From positions 1 to 18,515 of the forward strand of contig NW_021824484.1 of assembly GCF_006345805.1 (NCBI RefSeq): a stretch of DNA of 18,515 nucleotides. The letters are read 5' to 3'. This document shows positions 9,899 to 18,515 of the stretch, one piece after another (position 1 is the stretch's first letter; each line of letters starts with the position of its first letter). The translations under genes were made by a program, and so were the position numbers. A model generated the notes under the pieces. The model saw nothing but the letters and a program-made list of their open reading frames with translations, was not told where the DNA came from and searched no databases. The DNA comes from Octopus sinensis. Lineage: Eukaryota.

Positions 9899-9939
9899 TA
9901 TTCAACCGGTTTTCGTCATTGTATAACTTGTCAAGAATA
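9899..9939 (-). ncRNA. Minimal type I hammerhead ribozyme-like motif, U3-A8 variant
   Basis: UAUUC-UUGACAA-GUUAU(ACA)AUGAC-GAAAACCGGUU-GAAUA: 5-bp stem I, 5-bp stem II, palindromic stem III, one extra A in the GAAA run, AAUAAA immediately downstream. Confidence 0.65.
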
Positions 9940-10579
9940 TTTATGTTTTAAAGTTTTTTTAAAAATTAGAAAGGGGAAAAAAAGAAAATTGCATTGTTTT
10001 TTGTAAAAGAATAATGATAAAAATGTACAAAAATTAAAATAAGTTCTCGATACATTGTGAGTTCGTTGTGTATCTTGAGTTTTATGGTTGTTCACGAAAA
10101 AATTACCTTGAGGTGTTAAGATCCAAAGGGATTAAGAGCATGTGTTGTGTTGTTCAATTCAGCATGTTTGCAGGACAGGAAGTAGTAGTAATTGTGGTTC
10201 TGGTTCTTCAGTTCCTGTATTGTGAGTAAGGGGAGACAACTCTTTTGAGTTCTTCAATAAAACCCAATTATAAAATATAAAATATCATTTAGCTTCATTT
10301 CCGTTATCTTTTTTATATAATTGCTTGTTAACTTAACTTTCAGATTTTAACACTTTATTTATATTATTTTCTAATTATATAAATCTGCATAGACAATTGC
10401 ATTTCAAATTGTCATATCATTTATAATAAAAATGATAGTAATAACAACAATAGTAAAAAATGATATTTAAGAAATAAGTTTTAGCTTGAAGTGATGAATG
10501 CATGGTATCTTTATATATTTGTATTAGTCCATCCATGAAGAGTGAGGTAGAGAAGGAAGTTTGATCAACGAGAGGTTGC

Positions 10580-11742
10580 ATGTTAAGTTGTGTTTGGAAT
10601 TTTTCAATAAAGAGATTCTCCTTGTTAATTCTCTCCTGTGTGGTGATCCCGTCTTTACATTGGTAGAAGGGGAATATATAATTTGGGGTTTAAGTCTCTA
10701 GCACATGAGTCTAAGTGGTCACTCAGTGGAATTTGTGGGTATTCCGGGAGATTTATTTGTTCTTTATGACCGTTACGTTTACGTAACGGGAGACTTGTTT
10801 GTCCAACATAATTATGTTGCAACCAGCGCATGTGAGAACGTAGATAAGGTTCTCGGAGGAACAGGAGAAGTTAGTCTTGATTTTAAACTTCGTACCTTGT
10901 TTGAGGTAAATTCAGAGCCTTCAAGTAGAAAGGGGCAGGTACCACAGTTTGAGCGTGCACATTTTTTTACTGTTGGGGGTGGATGTGGTGTGTGAAGTTT
11001 GGCATTTGTCAAGAGTTTTTTAAAGATTTGTGTTGCCTTTTGCATTTGAGGATTTTGTGTGTATTTATAATGTTTTTCATTTTTGGGTCTGTTGACAGTA
11101 GACTGAGGTTTTGTATGATTGTGGTGTATGCTTCGATATTTTTGGGGTTGTGGGTGGAAATGTATGGAAGTATTTTGAGGTTGTGTGTGGTGTTAGGTTG
11201 GGTGGTTTTCAGTGTAGTGTTGTCTAGTTCTTTGGCGCGTTTTATTCCATACTCTATAAGGTGGAGGGATATTGATGTTGTAATAGTGTTTCTTTGAGGT
11301 CTTGAAGGGCATTTTCTCGTGTTTTTGGATCCGAGACAATGGTGCATACCCTTTTAGCTAGATTGAAAGGGATATTTGTCTTGTGTGTTTTGGGGGCATG
11401 AACTAAAGAGGGGTATTGTTGTGAGTCTGTAGGTTTGTGGTAGATGTCTGTTATGATTTGGTTCTTAGGTGTTTTTATAATTAGGAGATCAAGGAATGGG
11501 AGATGATGTTTGCTTAATTCCATAGTGAATTGGATGTTGGGATGTATGTTGTTTAGTATGGTTTTGAATTCCAGGAGTTTTTCATAAGGTTCTTTCCATA
11601 TGATGAAACAATCATCTAAATACCTTTTCCAGTTTTCCATTAGGTAGGTGTGGAAAACATGTCCAAATTTCTGGCTTGATATTTCATAGAGTGACAGTTC
11701 GAAGTAACCCATTATGAGGTTCGCAAGGACTGGTGCAGCCTC
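10580..11742 (-). pseudogene. Frameshifted PLE reverse transcriptase / GIY-YIG endonuclease
   Basis: AAPVLANLIMGYFE, WKRYLDDCFIIW (catalytic YxDD), HPNIQFTME, LPFLDLLI, TDIYHKPTD, NIPFNLAKRVCTIVSD; linker KKCARSNCGTCPFL; endonuclease SENLIYVLTCAGCN../NYVGQT..H..PLSDH..ENLFIEKFQTQLN. Several short indels. Confidence 0.93.
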
Positions 11743-11757
11743 TATATCTATATATAT

Positions 11758-11816
<59 letters not shown>

Positions 11817-11855
11817 TGTATATATGTGTGTGTGGCGATGAGTATGTGTATGTAT
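11743..11855. repeat. (TA)n / TG microsatellite at the truncated 5' end of PLE 3
   Basis: Direct inspection. Confidence 0.95.
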
Positions 11856-12233
11856 GCATTCATGGGCAGGCATATCTATGAATGCACATATACACACACA
11901 TGCACTCACACACAGATGGAGATATGCTTTCGGTCAACAATGGAGAGATATAGGCAAAAAAAAACAACAACAAAAACTAATTAAATCTTTGTCTGTACTT
12001 CTCCGTCGCATCTGTTACTTATTATCATCAGCATCACCGTCATCGCCATCATCATCACAGTAATTACGACACGAAGTTAGTTGTATTTATTGTGACTTCT
12101 GGAAAATGTTCTTGTGGAAGTCCTAAGTATTGTTTTGTTTCGGTGCGTGTGTTTATAAATTCTTTTAATCTTAGAAAAATTACCATTTCTAAATCTCCTA
12201 ACAAGAGATATTCAGCAACAGTACTTTGGAGTA

Positions 12234-12573
12234 AAGATTGTTTGCCAACATAACATGGCAGTCCTGGTTTAGGACGAATGTTGCTGTAATTTAGCCCCAT
12301 GAGACATCGTCTCCAGCTGGCTATACGACATGATCTGTGTCCCTATATTTTCGAACAAGGGAATCTAGCACCCCCACTCAACTCAAAATAACCCAGAAAT
12401 CGCGATACACAGATATTGTTTTGAGCTGAATGGGGGTGCTAAATTCCCTTGTTCGAAAACATAAGGACACAGATCGTGTCGTACAGCCTGCTGGAGACGA
12501 CGTCTCCTGGGGCTAAATTACAGCAACATTCGTCCTAAACCAGGACTGCCATGTTATGTTGGCAGCCAATCTT
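12234..12573. mobile_element. Foldback / MITE-like element: 158-bp inverted arms with a 24-bp spacer
   Basis: 12234-12391 vs reverse complement of 12416-12573: 13 mismatches and no indels by manual alignment. No clear TSD, so the superfamily is unassigned. Confidence 0.88.
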
Positions 12574-12702
12574 CTTTTAATCTTGTTCGGTATTTCTCTC
12601 CTTCCATTCTTCAGTCTCTCTCAGTTGGGTAACTTTCAGGATTTACTTCTGTAGTTGTAGGCTTTGTTTCGATTACCATTCACACACATGTATGTATGTA
12701 TT

Positions 12703-13057
12703 GTGGAGGCGCAGTGGCCCAGGGGTAACGGCAGCGAACTCTCGGTTTCGATTTTCAGACTAGGCGTTGTGAGTGGTTATTGAGCGAAAACACCTAAAGC
12801 TCCCCGAGGCCCCTGAATGGGGTGGCGGCGAACCCAGCTGTACTCTTCACCACAACTTTCATTCTTTCTGCTGTACCTGTATTTCAAAGGGGCCAGCCTT
12901 GTCACACTCTGTGTCACGCTGAATCTCCCCGAGAACTACGTTAAGGGTTCGCATATCTGTGGAGTGCTCAGCCACTTGCACGTTAAATTCACAAGCAAGC
13001 TGTTCCGTGGATCGGATCAACTTGAACTCTAGTCGTCGTAACCGACGGAGAGCTGTA
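12703..13057 (+). mobile_element. tRNA-derived SINE family B, tail type 2
   Basis: Head GTGGAGGCGCAGTGGCCCAG and body TTATTGAGCGAAAACACCTAAAGCTCC..TGTACTCTT..CACCACAACTTTC shared with 2809-3000; unrelated 3' half; TATG repeats on both sides. Confidence 0.88.
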
Positions 13058-13258
13058 GTATGTATGTACGTATGTATGTATGTATGTATGTATGTATGTA
13101 TGTATGTATGTATGTATGTATGTATGTATGTATGTATGTATGTATGTATGTATGTATGTATGTATGGATGTATGTATGTATGTATGTATGCATGTATGTA
13201 TGTATGTATGTATGTATGTATGTATGTACGTATGTATGTGTGTATGCATGTATGTAAA
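13058..13258. repeat. (TATG)n microsatellite
   Basis: Direct tandem run. Confidence 0.97.
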
Positions 13259-13399
13259 TATATTCATAAACACACACAAACACACAAAAATCTGTACAGC
13301 TTGTAATGAAACTTAGTTGTATGGAATAGCGGTAACACGAAACTCGGTGTGCCGACAGCGTAACATATCAGTTTAAATTGGTTTTATTATATAAAATGT

Positions 13400-13456
13400 A
13401 CACACGCACACACACACCACACACCTGCACTTATATACATATATAATATATGTCTG

Positions 13457-13542
<86 letters not shown>

Positions 13543-13735
13543 TATATATATATGTATATAATATATATATATTATATATATGTATATAAATGCATGTATG
13601 TATGTGTGTGTGCATGCATGTATGCATGGGTGTGTATGTCTGTGTGTGTAATTATTTATGTGTGTATGTATGCATGTGTGTATGGATATATGTGTAAATG
13701 TATATATGCATGTGTGTATGTATGTATGTATGTAC
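13400..13735. repeat. Compound CA/TA/TG/TATG microsatellite
   Basis: Direct inspection. Confidence 0.92.
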
Positions 13736-13848
13736 GTATCTTGAAGATGCCAATTGTTTCTCCAAACATTGAGAAGCTGTCTACGAAGCAGACACAACTG
13801 TCTTTCCCCTTCCGCCTCCCACCCCTCTAGTTAGCGTTATCAGCAAGC

Positions 13849-14010
13849 ACATCACCATCATCATCATCATCATCTTAATCTCTGATGAACACCATCACTA
13901 TCACAAAAAACACGGTCATCATCATCACCATCGTCATCATCATCGTCGTCGTCGTCATCGTCATCGTCATCATCACCATTCATCATCATCACCATCATCG
14001 TGGTCATCAT

Positions 14011-14041
<31 letters not shown>

Positions 14042-14425
14042 ATACAACTACAACCAGAACCATTGACATCATCACCATTCTCACCGCCATCGCCAACATC
14101 ATCATCAGCACCACCACCACCACTACCACAACCATCCTCCTCCTCACCATCATCACCACCACCATCATCATCATCATCGCCATCACCATCACATCTGTCC
14201 CCGCCTCCTCACCATCTCCACCTACTTGATAAAAAATGGCGTGTGCCTGGAGCGTTGCATTAAACTCGTCTCATCTGTTTCCTGCTTACCGTACGCCATG
14301 GCTTCAGTCCATGTGCTTTTTCCTTCCCCCTCCGCCTCAACCTCACTTCCTCACCCGCTTCCTCCTCCCGCTCCTCCTCCTCCTCCTCTCCCCTTATCTT
14401 CCTCCATGTCACTATCATCATCATC

Positions 14426-14457
<32 letters not shown>

Positions 14458-14528
14458 CTTCAACATCATCATCATCATCATCTCATCATCATCATCATCA
14501 TCATCAACATCATCATCAGCATCATCAT

Positions 14529-14575
<47 letters not shown>

Positions 14576-15030
14576 CCACCACCACCACCAGGATTATGAT
14601 GATCGTGATGAGCATCGTAGTCCTCCTTGTCTTCTTCCTGATCATTATCATCATCAACATAGCCCTCCTCCTCGCCACCACATCATCATCATCATCATCA
14701 TCTGCATTCTCCTCCTCCTCCTCCTCGTCATCATCATAATCATCACCATCTGCAGCAGCAGCAGTAGGGGTGGTCACTGCTGCATTTAGAATAGAATAAA
14801 TTAAACTTCACACGCTTCTTATCTTCCCCCTTCGTCTCCCCACCACCATCATCAGCAACGCCACCAACGGTAACCACACTATGATAACAACAGTAGAAGC
14901 ACCACCACCACCACCACCACCACCACCACCACCCATACTATTACAACAATCATCATGACCACAACCAACACTATCACCATCACCAACCCCGCATTTAATA
15001 CCACAACCACCCATACCACTACGACAACGT
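13849..15030. repeat. Long degenerate trinucleotide field (CAT/CAC/CCT/CGT)
   Basis: Blocks at about 13849-14222, 14335-14765 and 14835-15030; source of the poly-H/I/S/M/D ORFs. Confidence 0.92.
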
Positions 15031-15149
15031 CGAATATGTATGTATGCATGTACGTACATACATACATACATACATACATACATAAATACATACATACATA
15101 TATACATACATACATATATGTATATGAAAGAATGGAGTTGAACGACGAA

Positions 15150-15267
15150 TTAACAAAATTCCTTTATTTTCGACATATGTTTCGAAGGCTGCATATTCCT
15201 AATTGCGAAGGAATGAGGAGTACATTATGTCGCTTTCTCATCAGGAAAAGCAAGGAACTTATGTCAA
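15150..15267 (-). ncRNA. Type I hammerhead ribozyme with canonical core
   Basis: On the - strand: AAGUUCCUUGCUUUUC-CUGAUGA-GAAAGC...GCCUUC-GAAA-CAUAUG-UC-GAAAAUAAAGGAAUUU. Core at 15238-15244 and 15180-15183; GUC cleavage triplet with the cut between 15172 and 15171; palindromic stem III ACAUAUGU; 16-nt stem I with a 2x2 internal loop, extendable by 6 bp. Confidence 0.85.
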
Positions 15268-15483
15268 CATCAAAATGCACAAAGAACTTTTAGATGATTG
15301 CTCACACGGAGCCCATACATACATACATACATACATACATACATACATACATACATACATACATGCATACATACATACATAAAGTTAATCCAAACATGAA
15401 AACTCAAGAGAAAACACAACAACGCGAGGACGTGGAACAAGTATAGTATTATTGGACGCTCAGGAAGGAAGGGAAGAAAGAGG

Positions 15484-15518
15484 GTTTTAGGTTTCGAGCG
15501 GAGCTCTTCGTCACAAAC
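15484..15518 (-). ncRNA. Degenerate minimal hammerhead motif
   Basis: GUUU-GUGACGA-A-GAGC(UCC)GCUC-GAAA-CC-UA-AAAC: stems I and II are perfect, C3 is replaced by G, and stem III ACCU is one change from the palindrome ACGU. Confidence 0.6.
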
Positions 15519-15721
15519 ATAGGAAAAGGAAAGATCCAAGGAAGGGAAGACGGAGGAAAAAAAATCGCCAACGGTACACACGCAGTCACATTTTGAATCA
15601 CATACATACATACATACATACATATATACATACATACATACATACATACACACACACAACACACACATATGTACATATATATCATGAAATAACTGTTACT
15701 TTCTCAGATGCAGCACGGAAT

Positions 15722-15772
15722 TTTGTCAGTGAAGAGGTCGCGGTCTAAAAGCGACGAAAATATTTTGGCAGA
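15722..15772 (+). ncRNA. Degenerate minimal hammerhead motif
   Basis: UUUGUCA-GUGAAGA-G-GUCGC(GGUCUAAAA)GCGAC-GAA-AAUAUU-U-UGGCAGA: 7-bp stem I (2 GU pairs), 5-bp stem II, palindromic stem III, C3 replaced by G. Confidence 0.5.
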
Positions 15773-15855
15773 TTAAATTTAAATGTTGAAGTGGAATCTA
15801 ACGGTTTTTGTGTGTTCTTAAATGGCTCATAAACTCTTTCCACGCTGCAATTGTT

Positions 15856-15877
15856 TATATATATATATAATATATAT

Positions 15878-15971
<94 letters not shown>

Positions 15972-16004
15972 TGTTTGTGTGGTGTGTGTGTGTGTTGTTG
16001 TGTG
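15856..16004. repeat. (TA)n-(TG)n microsatellite
   Basis: Direct inspection; corresponds to the internal microsatellite of SINE family C. Confidence 0.93.
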
Positions 16005-16180
16005 TCTCTGTGTTTGTCCCTCCACCCATCGCGCTTGACAACCGTAACTTTGTGGTTCGGCAAAACAGACCAATAGAATAAGTACGAGGTTTACAAAGGA
16101 TAAGTCCTGGGGTTTATTTCATAGACTAAAGGCGGTGCTCCAGCATGGCCGCAGTAAAATAACTGAAACAAGTAAAAGAA
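16005..16180 (+). mobile_element. SINE family C, 3' half
   Basis: Matches 17825-18018 (GGTTCGGCAAAA..ATAGAATAAGTAC..AAGGCGGTGCTCCAGC.TGGCCGCAGT..ACTGAAACAAGTAAAAGA). Confidence 0.9.
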
Positions 16181-16306
16181 TGAAAAAAAGATATAAAAGA
16201 ATATATATATATCGATGCTATTATGCAAAAGTGTCGTAAGTCCAGAATGTTGCTTTTTCAGAAACCGAAAAAATAGTTTCACCATTCCATAGCAAAACGG
16301 TTGTAC

Positions 16307-16467
16307 TACACTTTGATAATATTTGATATTTTGTGTCTGAGGCAGCTGGAGATACGATAGTTTGTCCAAAAGAACCGGCTATTGCAAGCAAAAATGAATA
16401 TTGAAAAGAAAACGCATTTGGCCAAATTTGGATGTGCAACAGATTAGCATATTTACAACTGTGTATG

Positions 16468-16522
<55 letters not shown>

Positions 16523-17033
16523 TATATATATATATATATATAAAAGTAAGTTGTGTGGCCTGTCTCCTACGATTTAGATTCCTAACTACTCCCACATTTT
16601 GCGGTGCAGTTTATCCAAAACCGGGTATCTTAGTCGTGATTCATATCGAGCCTTCTGGGTATTAGCGCGCGGCTACGATGAGTCTACGATTTAAAAAAAT
16701 TACTATCATTTTTTTCCCATTTTAATGCATTTCTTTCGCTATTATATAAGGGAAGTAACTCTCTGAAAATGTCTACGATGAGTCAACGATTTTAAAAAAA
16801 TTACCATAATTTTCTTTCCATTTTTTATGCATTTTTTTCCTATTTTTTGGCTATAACTCTCTAAAAATGCTTATATAGTTATTTCCCTTACAAACCCGAG
16901 CAACGCCGGGCAATACTGCTAGCATACACTTTGACAATTTTTGATATCTTGGCATCCGAAACAGCTGGAGATACGATAGTTTGACCAAAAGAACCAGGTG
17001 TTGCAAGCAAAAATAAATACTGAAAATGAAACG
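16307..17033. repeat. Dispersed direct repeat of about 108 bp (16307-16414 and 16925-17033)
   Basis: About 17 differences by manual alignment (about 84% identity); shared block CAGCTGGAGATACGATAGTTTG.CCAAAAGAACC. Confidence 0.9.
16521..16922 (+). mobile_element. Non-autonomous Helitron
   Basis: 3' GC-rich hairpin CCCGAGCAACGCCGGG (16895-16910) followed 8 nt later by CTAG (16919-16922); 5' end TATATATAAAA merges into a TA tract, so the start is approximate; internal ~100-bp tandem duplication (16673-16772 / 16773-16870); no TIR or TSD. The base after CTAG is C rather than the usual T. Confidence 0.78.
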
Positions 17034-17064
17034 TGGAGGAACAGACACAGACCACAAAAATATA

Positions 17065-17100
<36 letters not shown>

Positions 17101-17264
17101 CGATGGGTTTCTTTCAGTTTCCGTCAACCAAATCCGATTACAAGGCTTTGATCGACCCGAGACTATAGGAGAAGACACTTGCCGAAGGTGTCACGTAGTG
17201 GGACTGAACCCGGAGTCATGTGCTTGTGAAGCAAGGTTCTTACCACACAGCCACGCCTGCGCCT
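17034..17264 (-). mobile_element. SINE family C, 5' half
   Basis: Reverse-complement match to 17622-17840, including the head and the internal microsatellite. Confidence 0.9.
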
Positions 17265-17280
17265 GTATATATTTATTTTA

Positions 17281-17530
17281 TCTATAACTTGTTTTGGTCA
17301 TCAGACTGCGGCCAGGCTGGAGCGCCTCCTTAAAGGGTTTTAGTCAAACTAATCGACCACAGGACAAATTTTCTTTATTAGCCTGGTATTTATACTATCG
17401 GTCACCTTTGCCGAACTGTTAAGTTACGGCCACATAAACACACCACCAGTGGTTGACATGCGTTGGTGGTGGACAAACACAGACACACAGACACTCATAC
17501 ACAAACACACATATATACATACACACACAC
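17281..17530 (-). mobile_element. SINE family C, 3' half (diverged)
   Basis: Reverse-complement match to 17810-18018. Confidence 0.85.
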
Positions 17531-17621
17531 AGACTTGATAAGTGCCAACACACGAAATACTCGGACCTGGAGTCACTCTGTTGCTTCTGCAAAATATTAA
17601 TAAAAAAAAATATACATACAT

Positions 17622-18018
17622 AGGCGCAGGAGTGGCTGTGTGGTAAGTAGCTTGCTAACCAACCACATGGTTCCGGGTTCAGTCCCACTGCGTGGCATCT
17701 TGGGCAAGTGTCTTCTGCTATAGCCCCGGGCCGACCAATGCCTTGTGAGTGGATTTGGTAGACGGAAACTGAAAGAAGCCTGTCGTATATATGTATATAT
17801 ATATGTGTGTGTGTGTGTTTGTGTGTCTGTGTTTGTCCCTCTAGTATTTCTTGACAACCGATGATGGTGTGTTTACGTCCCCGTCACTTAGCGGTTCGGC
17901 AAAAGAGACCGATAGAATAAGTACTGGGCTTACAAAGAATAAGTCCCGGGGTCGAGTTGCTAGATTTAAGGCGGTGCTCCAGCGTGGCCGCAGTCAAATG
18001 ACTGAAACAAGTAAAAGA
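17622..18018 (+). mobile_element. SINE family C, full-length tRNA-derived SINE with an internal TA/TG microsatellite
   Basis: A box TGGCTGTGTGG, B-box-like GGTTCAGTCCC, CORE-like CTTGGGCAAGT, internal repeat at about 17785-17825, A-rich tail. Confidence 0.92.
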
Positions 18019-18104
18019 TAAAAAGAAGATACTCACACACACACACACACACACATTTACACATGCATACCTACATACATGTGTCTGTGCGTTGTATGTG
18101 TTGT

Positions 18105-18348
18105 GGTGGGGTCCGGTGTGGGTGTGCGCCGACTCCCCAACGGAATCTAAGCCTGCCAAATGACATCGTGTCATGCGTAGATCTCATCACCGATAAATCA
18201 TTCATTATTATCTTCCAACGGTTATCAGATCTGTCACCCATATTCACCTATTCCTCCCACCCCAAACACTTCGCGGTCATCATTATTTACACCAACTTCT
18301 CATTGAAATTCTTATGTTTATATCACCCTTGTGGCTAATATAAAGCCA
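18105..18348 (+). mobile_element. Possible LINE 3' end
   Basis: Ends CACCCTTGTGGCTAATATAAAG, similar to the 7018-7040 terminus, and is followed directly by (ATT)n. Confidence 0.4.
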
Positions 18349-18386
18349 TTATATTTATTATTATTATTATTATCATTATTATTATA

Positions 18387-18424
<38 letters not shown>
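18349..18424. repeat. (ATT)n microsatellite
   Basis: Direct tandem run. Confidence 0.95.
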
Positions 18425-18427
<3 letters not shown>

Positions 18428-18515
18428 GTTCGACTTTTGCTTTAAATTTGTGCACGTTGTCTCCAAGTCTCACCCAGGGACCTCAAGAGACAACAAGTTG
18501 GGAGTTCATGTTGGT

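Larger units (their letters stand above)
9809..11742 (-). mobile_element. 5'-truncated Penelope-like element 3 (RT, Cys linker, GIY-YIG, non-coding 3' terminal region)
   Basis: Coding remnant 11742 to about 10580; AT-rich terminal region containing a hammerhead-like motif; (TA)n tracts on both sides. Confidence 0.9.

Noticed and set aside
14223-14330. Unique island with minus-strand donor-like GGTAAG (14285-14290)
   Set aside because: Upstream sequence on that strand is purine-rich with no acceptor or pyrimidine tract.
13885-14789. Long poly-His/Ser/Pro/Ile ORFs resembling a His-rich protein
   Set aside because: CAT/CAC/CCT repeats are open in several frames on both strands; no splice signals or domain context support coding.
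15035-15855. CRISPR-like repeat-spacer arrangement
   Set aside because: The separators are variable-length microsatellites, the islands are about 200 bp, the context is eukaryotic and there are no cas genes.
17533-17575. UUGAUAA-GUG..CAC-GAAA, resembling a U3-A8 hammerhead
   Set aside because: Only a 3-bp stem II, and stems I and III do not form in register.
18426-18515. Possible minus-strand 3' end of a TAA-tailed LINE sharing the (ATT)n tract
   Set aside because: Truncated by the window edge with no coding sequence visible, so it cannot be supported here.

Overview
Eukaryotic, AT-rich, repeat-saturated non-coding DNA. The SINE families and microsatellite load suggest an octopus-type cephalopod; this is recognition of repeat style, not a database result. 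There is no intact protein-coding gene: most ORFs in the track are microsatellite artefacts and the rest are decayed transposon proteins. Contents: an internally deleted Tc1/mariner with TIRs and TA TSDs; three Penelope-like element (PLE) remnants with RT and/or GIY-YIG; an L1/Tx1-like LINE fragment plus LINE 3' ends; about a dozen SINE copies from three families; a 340-bp foldback MITE; and a non-autonomous Helitron. The two strongest unexplained signals are (1) a canonical-core type I hammerhead ribozyme at 15150-15267 (-), with two degenerate hammerheads within about 0.6 kb and a U3-A8 variant in a PLE terminus at 9899-9939, and (2) a candidate 9-nt microexon at 7804-7812 (+) behind a 247-nt AG-free zone, which suggests the window is intronic in a + strand host gene. 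All alignments and folds were done by eye.
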